Of a DNA stretch of 64,000 nt, positions 32,184-44,506 are shown piece by piece. Source of the stretch: Octopus bimaculoides (Eukaryota); contig NC_068995.1 of assembly GCF_001194135.2 (NCBI RefSeq), positions 32,646,085 through 32,710,084 on the forward strand, given 5' to 3'. Position 1 is the first letter of the stretch. Every line of letters begins with the position of its first letter. The notes below the pieces were generated by a model. The model was given only the letters and a program-made list of their open reading frames with translations, was not told the origin of the DNA and ran no database searches. Both the position numbers and the translations under genes were made by a program.

Positions 32184-35100
32184 AATATATCTTGTAGAAC
32201 CGTTGAGCAATGAGTTAACATATTTCAAAATGATAAAGATAATTGAAGAGAATCCACGAGAAGAGATTATTGACAGTTTTATGCCAAAATCTCCACCAAT
32301 TTTCTTAATCCCAAATCATTTTGATCAATAAGTTGTCATACAAATTAGGGTTAATTTTAGGGATCTAATTCCAATTCGCCATCTCTCTCTCTCTCACCAA
32401 TCAGAAAGCTATGATTGGCCGAACAGGCTCCATCTACTACGTCCGTTTGTCACTTATATAACGTAGCTGCGGACATGTTTAATTGAGTTCCTTTATTTCG
32501 TTTCTCTAAGGGCTCCTGGCTGGTAGTTCGGTTCTATCACGTTTGCGCTGGCACACAAGAACAATTCTTCCATTTGCGCCGGCAGGATCGATCAAACTCA
32601 ATGCTGTCATCTCTCATCTTTTCTAGACACACTTCTATCAAGTCTCTTTCTATATACACAAAGTACATCTAATGTCTTCACGCATTCATTCACACTATAG
32701 ATATCTCTATAAAACACAACTTCTTTACAAAATTCCTATACAAGACACTAACGTTGTATGTAACCCACTACTGTGAATTAACCTTGCTATTGAACAAGTT
32801 GAATTTTGTCCGTCTATCTCCGTATACCGGTGGTTGGTATACGAAGTCCGGACGTCTGTCTCTGTATACCAATTACTATTGAATGAACACACAGACATAG
32901 TTGTCGACAAGCTGCCACCGCCGACGTGTGAACACTCCATTGGGCTATAGCTACACATTAGCTACGAAGATAGTGAACTCACCATACTAGTAACCCCTTC
33001 ACTAGACTGGGGATACCTGCGCTACAAACAATAAATATGGCAAAAATTTAACGTTAAATCGCGCCAGGGGACAGAAGAGCTAAATACCAAAACCTTTCCT
33101 GATAAAGAATACACTACGCAACATAGATTAGAAGCTATTTGGCTCTAGGGTAAGCTAGGCAGACACTGAAACGAAAGCCGAGAGGGAGAATGAAAACAAC
33201 CATCGTCATTTAAAATCTGTTTTCCATGCTGATATGGATTAGACGGTTTGAAGGATCTTTGGTTCGATAATTATAATTACCATTAGTATACAGACAGTGA
33301 TTCAACAGGTGGTTTGGCAGAAATTATCAAATCGTTGTGTAAATTACCTTTTCAACATTTTGTTACTGTCCTTTACGCCCTAAATTTAAATTCCTTTAAC
33401 CTTTTGAGGTCGATAAAATATAATATCGGTGAAGTGGATGTATTTTCTTATACATCCAAAATGTAAGAGAAAACATTTTTATCTTCAAAAAGGCATTTAA
33501 CTCCTTTATATTTGTATTACTTTGCATTGATGTGGTGGGTTAATTACATATTATTATTTCAAGAACGCAATCTTGAGCAACTTCTTCATTAAAGTAATAA
33601 ACTACAAAACCGAATTAATGTCGTGTAGACACTAGAAACACTTGCACGGACCATCTGATGGAGAGAACTTATGATAATTCTATCTTCATAAATTGCAACT
33701 TCGTCAGTTGTATATATTAATAATTGCAGAGTGGTGTTAGTTAGCTAAGAACTGGATTATTTGGTTTGGTTGCCTGATGTTCCCAAATAAAATTAATCCC
33801 AATATTTAGATTTTATTAACGTGTTTATTTACGGATTGACGTTACAATTGTTACTTTGCATAAACTGTTATATTGAGGTAAAAATTCTATGTTCGTGCTT
33901 AGTGAGAGGTGATCTTTTTAATTTGAGCTCGGAAAAACATAGCTACCGGCTAATCAGGAAAACATCTGCTTTGCATTACCCACGCACCTCGATTTATAAC
34001 TTATAAATAAACTATAACTATAAATGGAATTTTCCATTAATCATGCCATCAGCTACAAATGCACCAGAACAATAATTTGCTGAAACATGGACTATGATCA
34101 CCTAATAAGAACAGTTACCAACAAATATGTTTTATATGCTTTTCCTGTTACTGGACCATCGGAGTTTCCAATGCTGAGTGCGGCGATAGCAGAATTAATG
34201 ATATTCACTGAATTGTTAAAGCATTGAATGACCAGGTTTAGGTATACTCGTTTTGATAATATCTACCAAATGGGCCACATTTTTAGTAATGTTTGTTACA
34301 ATGTAAACTTTACCTCATGTAAAAGATTCCAAGGAATTAAGAATAAAATTGTTAAATCTGCTTGACCACCAACAGTTTAGTGGATCTTAGTCATTGATTA
34401 ATCGTCGGTAGTACACGATAATAGGTAGACTGCATGTAAAGGCGAGAATGAGCACGCTTATATTTTAGTGTTCATATATTTTTATTGACCCGGAACGTTT
34501 GCTTTTACATATGCATAAATATTTGATTTAAAGGAACAATATTCAGCTTCTAACGAATGGAACAGTCAAAGTCTTCTGTAATACAATATACTGGATAATT
34601 ATATAAAAGCAGTTCATAGTTATTGAAGGTAAGAAAAGTAGAAAGCGTGAGAACTACATGTAGGTAAAGTGTGCATGATTTGGCATAACAAACCAAGGTT
34701 GGTACCTTTTGCTGAACATGACAGAAGCATGCTGAGTAAAGAATAGTAAAAGAGCGTGAAAGACCATCTCACGAGACAAAGCGACATGGCTCTAAGATGA
34801 CTCTGGATAGGAATCAGTTCGTCAGCTTTTATAACTCAACGATGTTCTAGAAGGTTCGACCAGACTATTTGGTGAGATGATTTCAGCTCACTAGATTTCA
34901 CACCAGCCAACTTGATTAGTTGATCCATGTTTGCGAAGGCATTTATGCCTTTGATGGTGACACAATTATTCTTGCTTTTTATGGCAGTATATATGTTAAG
35001 CCGTGGTCTTGAGCTCGGAAACTTGAACGTGTTGGTTCGAAACTAAGCTGGAACGTGCAGTATGCCAATTTAAAATGTTTGATGAAAGCTGGGCATTGAT

Positions 35101-36222
35101 GGCTTGGTAGTTAATATTATAAACCCATAGTGTGACAGACTCTGTATTTATTTTGTATTAAAAAAATGTACAACATTATCTGGTGGATAATTTGAAGGAT
35201 CGTACAATAAATTTCCTTTGGTAAGGGCACAACAAAAATACATCAATTTAGGATCTAACAGGTTAAAGGCAATGCTAGGATACAGAATTTCTGGAATATG
35301 TAAAGCGGGTACTTGTAACCATTGATATAATCAGAAACATATTCAATAACTGAGCAGTCAGTTTTGTTGTCGGTAATACCTTTATCTTTTGAACACCAAT
35401 TGTGTTTCAATAATGTTGTTGTTGCTCTTTTATCTTCATATCTAAAAGTATGTGTATGTTTATTATATCTGTGTAGCGGAAGGAGTAGCGAAATGTAATG
35501 TTGTTGATGGTTCAATGTACGTCGTCGGGAGTAGCAAATGAAAGTAGGCGTGTTGGACTGACATAAGAGGAAAACAAATGAAGAATAATAGGAATGCAAT
35601 TTTCACAATTATTTAGTTAAAAGTTGCATTTACGAGTTGGATAGAGAAAGCTTGATTTGAAATATGAACAAATCTACCGCTACATCAACTACTTCGAGTA
35701 TATGAAATATAAACGGAGGAAAGGGAATGTTAATGGCACAAGATAGTACACTCATATTTTGTGTCTGTGTGCGTTTGTCATTTGGTCTTGTATCGTTTTT
35801 CTATCTCGTCTTGTTCGTGTCTACAACAGCTACCGTCTTGTGTCGCCGGTCACTGCTTGTTCATCTTTGGCTATGTGGCTAACTGTTTGCTATCTGGCTC
35901 TCTGGCGTGTGTCCAAGGAAACCGTATTTATAATGGTCATCCTAGCTAGTAGGATGGATATACCATAGGAGTAGCTTGTACTTATTAAGGCCACCTGTTG
36001 TCCAGTTGAACTTTCCGTGACACAGCCAGATCGGAAGTCGAGTGGAAACTCATCCATCATTTTTTGACAGAACAAAGAATTTCGTTCGCACCTGTTCGGC
36101 CAGTGGTGGATCGTGCGAGTAGGAATTCTTAGACGTGGTTTCGAATCTCAGCCTGGAAAATGAAACGTAGCTTCCACATCTGGATTTAAAGGAGTTCTGG
36201 GTAAAGTCTCAGCACTTCGTGT

Positions 36223-36300
36223 CATTGTTGTTATTGGTGAAAACCTTCGAACAGTATACAACATTGTTGTTATTGGTGAAAACCTTCGCACAGTATACAA
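36223..36300. repeat. Tandem duplication, 2 x 39 bp
   Basis: cattgttgttattggtgaaaaccttcg(a/c)acagtatacaa twice, one mismatch. Confidence 0.9.
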
Positions 36301-36899
36301 CACTTTTCCTTGCTGTTATGTTCATTGAAATCTGTTCCATTAATTTATTGGGATGTATACTTATAAATATAAACGGTGCAGGTTAATAAAATATTTGTAA
36401 ACTCAAATTTTAGTGTTGTTATTTTCTTCGCATATATCTTATCGACGCTCAGTGCACACATTGCAGACAACAAAGGGATCGTTTTGGTAGACTCCCCAGG
36501 CATAAAGAATGCATTGATCGCTAAGTGAGATATGAAAGGGCTCCTGTTAAGCCTACCAGTAAAATGGTAAAGCCTTTGAGCACCCTACTTTCAGTGAGCT
36601 GAGGAAGATATCGCGACTGGTTGAATTTTAAACATTTTTAAAAATCAAGTTTGAGAACTGCCCTGGGGACCTCACAAATAGTGCTCACGAATATCCTCGT
36701 GGCATACTCAATTGCTTCACACCCCCGCCCCCGAACTAAAGGCTTGAGTTCCGAAGAGAGACGGTCGCCTCCAATCACACCCAACTGTTAAGAGTAGATA
36801 TAATCAGTAAGCTTAAGGAGACCTAGCAGACGTATAAAGGGGAGAATACTCTCAAATAAATTTGTTCTTGAACTGTGTGAAACATTCAAAAATCAACTC

Positions 36900-37210
36900 C
36901 AGCCGACCACAAGATGTCATCGTCAAGATGATTGATGAGAGTGGGCCAAGTCCAACAGGAAATGATGTGATCGACTTCTTGTTATTATTTGGGGATAAAG
37001 ATTGGTCTTAAATTAGTCAATAGTTCGAGCTAGATGGAAGCTTCTCTCTCAAATTATTCGAGAGATTCGGTATAGCTCGGAATAGAAATGGAAAGAACAT
37101 GGACTATCCCTTAGATATCACATCCATCGATTTCTTGGGAGCACACTTGTGGAGCTATACCTTGAAATGTATCAAATTATTTTACCATACTAATTATCTC
37201 TCCGATTCTC
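36900..37210 (+). mobile_element. Very degenerate Tc1/mariner-like transposase C-terminal remnant
   Basis: Frame reads ...FELDGSFSL..FERFGIARNRNGKNMDYPLDITSIDFLGAHLWSYTLK, reminiscent of QQDGAP...RWIGR..WPPRSPDLTPLDFFLWGYLK. Confidence 0.35.
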
Positions 37211-37384
37211 TTCAAATAGAATGAGGATGAGAATTTATCCGTGTTCCGTGTACTCTGTCGTCTTTGGTAATCTGTTATCCATTATTAGTTCGATGCTGAA
37301 ACTTAATTTTGTGTATGAAATATAAGACAGGTTATCTATTCAGGTTTACTTTCCTACTTGTTTTAAATTTCAAACCCACTCCAT

Positions 37385-37791
37385 TTATTGCTTTCATATT
37401 TTGGCACAAGACCAGCAATTTCGGGGGAAGGGGAAAGTCGATTACATCAACCATAGTACTCAACTGGTACTTATTTTACCGACCCCGAAAGGATGAAAGG
37501 TAAAGTCGACCTCAACAAAATTTGAACTCTGAACGTAAAAACGACGAAACGACGCTGTCCGGCGTGCTAACGATACCCAGTACATATATTTCTCTCTTTA
37601 TTGCCCACAGGGGGCTAAACACACAGGGATTAAGTCGATTACATCGACCTCAGTGCGTAAATGGTACTTATTTAATCGACCCCGAAAGGATGAAAGTTGA
37701 CCTCGACGGAATTTGAACTCAGAACGTTACGGCAAACGAAATAACGCCAAGCATTTCGCACAGCGTGCTAACGATTCTGCCAGCTTGCCGT
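37385..37791 (-). mobile_element. Two SINE family 2 copies, the second flanked by a duplication
   Basis: tacccagt(t)acatatat is repeated at about 37574-37589 and 37794-37810; CpGs intact. Confidence 0.8.
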
Positions 37792-38139
37792 CCTACCCAG
37801 TTACATATATTAGCATATTCGCCAACCTGATACAGATCGCAAGTGTTGAGGGCGAGTGCATCGTCTTTTTTCTCGTGATTAAATTTTAATTAAATGAATA
37901 GTGTTCGAGTTGGAATACGAAAGGTATTAAGGAATTTTTTCGGTTTAAGACCTCAAAATGAAAGTAGAAAATGATCGTAAGCAATCGACATTAAAAAACT
38001 GAAATTTGGTAAAAAAAAATTAAAAAATTAAAAAAAACTTTTCAGTTTAATTCTCAGAATCTCTGTAATTTCAAGCGTAGAATCTCCACCACTACACCAA
38101 TTTTTTTTTTTTTTTTGAAAAAAAGTTAAAAACGAAAAA

Positions 38140-38533
38140 TTGGGAGGCGGGGCGGAGGAACTGAAAATTAAGAATGCAGGGTTTTTTAATTCAAAATTGT
38201 AATCGCCGTAGTTAACAGGAATCTGATGAAATTCTTGATAAAAAAAAAAGGAGAGAAAGAGAGAGAGAGAGAGAGAGAGACTGTTCGACACATCCGATGT
38301 CAATATTTCCACTTTTATTATTATCACAATAATATCGATGTCCGTATTTATATATTCATCACATATATTAAGTCTTCATATTTTATTGTTAAATATACTG
38401 AAACCCGGTTTGGGAAAACGGAAGTCTCAGTCACATGACGCGCAACTGGAGTAATTGCTCCAACTTCCGTTACATGAAGGTTGTAACTGAACGTTTGTGG
38501 AGTGCGGTTTAATTTTCTTGCGCGAAATCAAAA
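38140..38533 (+). promoter_or_regulatory. STOML2 promoter-like region
   Basis: CpG-rich. GC-box GGGAGGCGGGGCGG at 38142-38155, ETS cores CGGAAGT at 38419-38425 and ACTTCCG at 38463-38469, E-box GTCACATGAC at 38430-38439. Confidence 0.6.
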
Positions 38534-38587
38534 ATGAGTTTGCTGAAGATTTTACGGCCTCAGTATTTGCTGTCTAAACGCTACGGA
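38534..38587 (+). CDS. STOML2: STOML2 candidate exon 1 (MSLLKILRPQYLLSKRYG; start of mitochondrial presequence)
   Basis: aaaaATG just after a CpG-rich promoter-like block; GGA|gtcagt is a phase-0 donor matching exon 2; the peptide is basic with no acidic residues. Confidence 0.7.
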
Positions 38588-41500
38588 GTCAGTATTACTT
38601 TATTTCTTCTCTTTCTTTTCCTATACTTTCAGATTTTCCTTTCCTTTTTTTTTTATAGAGTTTTAGTTTTACCGGCACTCGGCAACACGTTGCTTCCTTC
38701 GTTTAAAGTTGTTTCGTTAGTTTATTTCAAACTAGAACCTAATCATTTATTAAATTGTCTATATAATTAATTATGAACAATTACTCTTCACTCATTTATT
38801 ATTCTTTCTCTTTTTCACATCAATATTTCCAGCTGTTTTATCTAGTCTTATTTTAATCTATCGAATTGGCCATTGAAAGATTTACTGTTATTATTGGTTG
38901 TTTTACCTCAGGACAGCTCTGATCAAGCAGTTCTATAAAATGTATAACAACCATGATTGCCCCTTTTTAATACAATAATATCTAGAAGACATTATCCAAT
39001 GTCTTTTTTTGAAACGGTGGGGGTGTAACTTGGCTGTCGTTTCTAGCATATCGAGTTTCTAAGACTTCGTTTGCACATCATGTTAACATTGAATATTTAA
39101 CTTGGAAAAGCTGTTAGAGAAAGTCTAGAATTCGAGAGTTAGGGATGTCGATTTAAGGACAATCATGTTAATTAATTGGACTGGGTTTAGTTGTATACAT
39201 TTTAATTCGTGTTGTCATCAAAGAAAATATTCTACTCGTGGTATAAATATATCGTTACAGCATAAACTGCCGAAATACTTGTTCATTTCATTTTAACGTT
39301 CCTAATTCTCTGAATGTTGCATCATCTCATTTCTTCAATTTTTCATAAATCGAACAAATTGAGTTCCAACAAAAACGTTAGAGCGTCGAGCAGAATGCTA
39401 TGCAGTATTTGTACCAGCTTCTTACAGTCTGAGTTTAAACCTTACTGAGGTCAACTTTGCCTTTCATCTTTCTGAGGTCGAATAAAGTACTAGGATCGCT
39501 CTCCTTAAATTTCAGGCTTTGTTCCAATATTAGAAACATTGCTTTTATCCCGCTGAGGTCGATAAAATAAGTACAATGTACAGCATAACTACAGGGTTTT
39601 ACCCCCCAGACTTTGGGAGGTCGTAACTTTCAGAAAAATGAATATTTTTTAATGAAATTTTCTATGCATATAGTATTTACTATGTAGAATCCGAATATAC
39701 AAANNNNNNNNNNTCGTAACTTTCAGAAAAATGAATATTTTTTAATGAAATTTTCTATTCATATAGTATTTACTATGTAGAATCCGAATATACAAAAATT
39801 TCCGGTGAAAGTGTTTTGGAATGGGGGTGGGGGACAATTTTTGGGGGGTAAAACCCTGTAGTTATGCCCCATGTACTGGATCGATATAATCGATTATTCT
39901 TTCTACCCGTTAATATTTCTAGCATTGTACTTGTGTTAGAAATTATTATCGCTTGTTGTAGTGCAACAGTAAATCCTCGATGAGAAAATTTCTAGTTGAA
40001 GCTGTTCCTCTTCAATCATTTCACAAATCCCGATCTCACTCTTCTAAAACTTGGATTTATAACAAATTAAGGAATACATTTTATTAGCATTATGTTTTGA
40101 TTTTTGTTAATAACTAATGAATGTTCTACATTTGCGGACCAAGCTATCGTTAGTAGCTATAGCTTCAAGCAACTACCACCACCACCACCACCAATTTGGC
40201 TTAATCTTTATTTGCCTTACTATGTGTGTGTGTGTTATGTAAGATAAAGTTATTGACAATATTAAGCGAGTACTGTAGGCGTGTAATGCAGCTGACCGTG
40301 CCGATAATTCAGTTTCAATTCCTTGTGTAGCCTTTTCATTTCTCACATCGCTAATGCCCTTGAGAAAGGCACTCATGTCAAACTCGTTTTCCTTTTCTAT
40401 TTTTTTAAATCTCTGAGTCCATGCTTGTGTAAGATATAAATGAAAATATTGGTGAGCCGAAATAATGACTCGATGTTACACTTATATAAGCTTTGATATT
40501 AATGAAGAAATCAAAAAATTAACTAATTTTCGTATTAAGAATTTTATTCAACATTTTAATAACAAAATCCACTGGTTACGAAGTGATGTGTTTCTGTTCG
40601 TGTAGTTCAAAGAAAACTAACACTGACATCGAGGAGAAATCACGTGTTGATATACTTGCAGTTGTTTGATCCCTTATAATTAGATATCTTTTTACGTACG
40701 AAAGTAGATTGGACGAATCTGGTAACATTTTCACACAGCATTGCCAAAATCATAACGAATATTTTATATATTTTTGTATTGTCCTTCTGATTGACTGCGA
40801 CAAGTTCAATGAATGATGTCATGTTACTACTACTAATTTATGCTGATAATGTAGTTTCCATTTAGCCGAAATCTCTTGATAATTTTGGATCCCACTCTCC
40901 TATTCTTTTTTTTTTTTCTTTTTTCCTTCTTACACAGGCATGAAATGCTTTTGTTTAAATATATTTCTGTCTGTATGTTGGACGGCCCTTCGGAGGGCTA
41001 ACTGGTTTTACTGGTTTAATGCCCTTTCCTTACGCCAAATATTCAATTGTTATGTAGAAATTACTGGTCAAACAATTTGCAACAGACACTTTAGGAAACC
41101 AGCTAACTTCCCCCACCGCCTCCCAGTCTGACACAGAGATTACATCCTCACTAGCAAACGGGACAGAAGGGTTAAATACCAACACATTTCCGGATGAAGG
41201 ATGCACTACGCAACATAGATTAGTGGCTAGTTGGCTTCAGAGTCAGCAAGGCAGATAGAAACGAAAGCCGACATGGAGAAGGAAAATAATCATCATGATT
41301 TAACGTCTGTTTTCCACGTTGGCATGGGTTAGACGGCTTGGAGGATCCAGCGAGCCACAGGGTTGTGTCGAGTTCCCGTATCAGCTTTGACATGGTTTCT
41401 ATGGCTGGATAAAGAGGAGCAGGTGACTTTATACCAAAATATGGAAACTAAAAGATCCTGCAGTTGAGAACAGATTTAAAGAAATTCTAATTCATGCATA

Positions 41501-44463
41501 TGGGTGAAAGGAGGAAGATTTAGAAACTTGTAGTATAGATGACAAGTGGAAACTCCTGTGAATCCCATGAAATAACCTCCTTAGAGTTACAGATCACATG
41601 TGGCTGGAGCAAAGTCCCAGCCAAACCTGAATGCCATGTGGTGTTGGAATGATACAGTTGATGAAGCAGTAAAGGTTAAGAGATGAGCATTACCTGATGG
41701 CTAGAAGAGTTACTAAGTTACAGGTGCAAATGGCTAAAGGTAACGTAGTAAGGAAGAGGTTTGTACATATCCTGCAGAGATGTGAAGTATTTAGGATTGT
41801 GACTGTGAGAGAAAATTGAAATGTCATTGGTGAGAAGAGAACTCAAAATGATGAAGGCATACTTGTCATTGATGTTGAACACAAGGAAGTGGCATGGAAA
41901 TGCTTTTATAAGAGGCTGCTGAATGTGGAGAACACATAGAATTAAGAAGGGCTACTTCCTGCTCAAGTTGACAGCAGCAGGGCAGACAAAGTAATCAAGG
42001 AAAGCCACATGTCCATTGGGGATAATTGCAGAGATGTTCAAAATGTCTGGTGAAGTAGGATATGTGATTATTACCTTGATAGTTGTGTCATACTCAATGA
42101 CTGGTGTAGCAATATCATCATTAACGACTTCAAAGGCAAAGGTGATACTAGATCAGGTTATGAAGGTCACAAGGAAAGTTGTAGCACATCTGATTCCTGA
42201 CAGAGTAGACCTAGAGAAGGTGTTTGACAGAGTACCACATTCAGTAATTTGGAGGTCACTGAAGACACTAGGTGTAGATGAATGGCCTGAGAGGGTTGTA
42301 CAAGCTTTGTACTTAGATGCAATCAGTGAAGTGAATTAGGAATTTTAGTGATGAACTTAGCATGCAAGTAAGAGTTCATTAAGATTCAGTCCTCTCCTAT
42401 TCATCATAGTCCTACGGGCATCAACAGTGAAGTTAAGACTGACTGTTCATATTAACACCTATTTGCCAATGATCTAGTTTTTATAGTTAAATCTACAGAG
42501 GAATTAGAGAAGAAAATCAGGTTAGGAAACTAAACCAAAAATTAAGGGGTTTTAAGATAAATTTAGCAAAGATTAAAGTTTTTATAAGAAAGAAGACAGG
42601 ATCCTGGCATCATCGGGGAAGTGGCCTTCTTTGATATACAGGAAAGATATATGTATGAACTCCATAAGCTGTACCCTGTGTAAGCTTGGATATACAGGTG
42701 TTGTGGAATCACTGGCAGACTATCAGAGAACATAAGCTTTGTATGTGATAGATGCATAGGAACAGTACATGCTATGAGCACACTAGAAATAGTAAGTGAG
42801 GTGGTTAGATGGTTGCTTTAAAAATATGAAGAACAGGTTGGAGAAAATTCAGGGCACTAATACTGCTATTGGCAACAAAGCTGATTTTCCTCAGAAGGCA
42901 GATTGTGTGACACTTGTGTTAAAACTGCAATAAATGTTATCAGCCTTTGTGAAATGAAGTAACTACAAATGGACAAAACCTTGCTTACATGTATGTAAGG
43001 GAAATTAAGTGTTTTTTGCCAATAAACACACCATATCTACTTAATGTGTGGAAGAACTAAGGCAGCGAGCTGGCAGAAACGTTAGCATGCCAGGTGAAAT
43101 GCTTAGTGGAATTTCGTCTGTTTTTACATTCTGAGTTCAAATTCCTTCGAGGTTGATTTTGCCTTTCATCTTTTCGGGGTCGATAAATTAAGTACCAGTT
43201 GTGTACTGGGGTTGATCTAATTGACTGGTCTCCTCCCCAAAAATTCTGCCTAGAGTAGAAAAGAATGTGTGGAAGAACTTAATATCTTTTTCATTTGGTC
43301 ATTACACATTCAATATTAATAATAATGTTAACCCTCTAGTGTTCAGATGACTTTGTCGAATGTAATGCTTATTTAATTTCATTGTTTTGAATTAGTTGTG
43401 CATTATCTTGTTGCTTTAAGATTTTTGATGTTGTGATTGTTTATTTTTAGAATGACATTGTAAGGTAGGTTGAAAAGGCTGGATCTGACCAATGAACATA
43501 AAGCAGATAGAATATTTGAGCCAGAAATGCTAAAGGGTTAAGGTAGCAGATTGGCAGAATCAGTGGTGACAGACAAATTGCCTTGCAGTATTCACTGTAT
43601 TTTGTGAAATGGCAGGCTCATGTATGGCATACTTTGGATCCTCTTCAAAAAATTCAATATACATTCTAGATGGAAATTATTTTTTTTTAATACTTACATG
43701 AATACCTAAACTTTGTGAAAAATGAATCAATACAATTCTTATAAATGTTCAAGATTTACAGCTTAAATATTTCATAATTTGTGTGTCTGTCACATTACCT
43801 CACCTGAAAATGGCCTATATATATATATATATAAAATCAACAACACAGTGTATGTGCTTTCTTTGTTCACCAGTAGGCTGCATTTTAGCAAAATACATAC
43901 TTTATGTGTGGTTGATAATGTTTACAACTCTAGTGCTACTTCTAATTCATATTAGGCGTGGCTGTATGATAAGAAGCTTCCTTCCCAACCACATGAATCT
44001 GGGTTTAGTCCTACTGTGTTGCACTGTGGGCAAGTGTCTTCTGCTATAGCTTCGGGCCAATTAAAGCCTTGCAAGTGGATTTGGTTGACAGAAACTGAAG
44101 GGAGCCCGTCGTGTGTGTGTATATATATATATATTGTTGTTGGCACTCCGTCGCTTACATCGATTGTTCCAGTTGATCTGATCAACGGAACAGCCTGCTC
44201 GTGAAATTAATGTGCGAGTAGTTGAGCACTCCACAGACACGTGTACCCTTAACGTAGTTCTCGGGGATATTCAGCGTGACATAGTGTGACAAGGTTGGCC
44301 CTTTGAAATACAGATACAACAGAAACAGGAAGAAAGAGTGAGAGAAAGTTGTGGTGAATGAGTACAGCAGGGTTCACCACCACCCCTGCCGGAGCCTCGT
44401 GGAGCTTTAGGTGTTTTTGCTGAATAAACACNNNNNNNNNNNNNNNNNNNNNNNNNNNNNNNN

Positions 44464-44506
<43 letters not shown>

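Noticed and set aside
32345-32362. TTAGGG telomere-like motifs
   Set aside because: Only two non-adjacent copies, compatible with chance.
33090-33185. Functional hammerhead ribozyme (also at 41185-41275)
   Set aside because: The core is mutated in both copies, and I could not form stem II closure or stem III with an NUH site.
36028-36037. Second Illumina adapter-like AGATCGGAAG
   Set aside because: Only 10 nt, internal to the contig and diverging afterwards, so probably chance.
34400-36200. Hidden single-exon gene or intact LTR/hAT element between NBAS and STOML2
   Set aside because: All frames I translated are interrupted by stops and I could not recognise a domain with confidence. A profile (HMM/tBLASTn) search would be needed.
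36223-36300. 39-bp direct repeat resembling a CRISPR repeat
   Set aside because: Only two adjacent copies, no spacer, no cas genes, and a eukaryotic context: a simple tandem duplication.
39622-39794. 82-bp tandem duplication
   Set aside because: The copies sit either side of a 10-N gap and differ by one base, as expected for overlapping contig ends (allelic overlap artefact).
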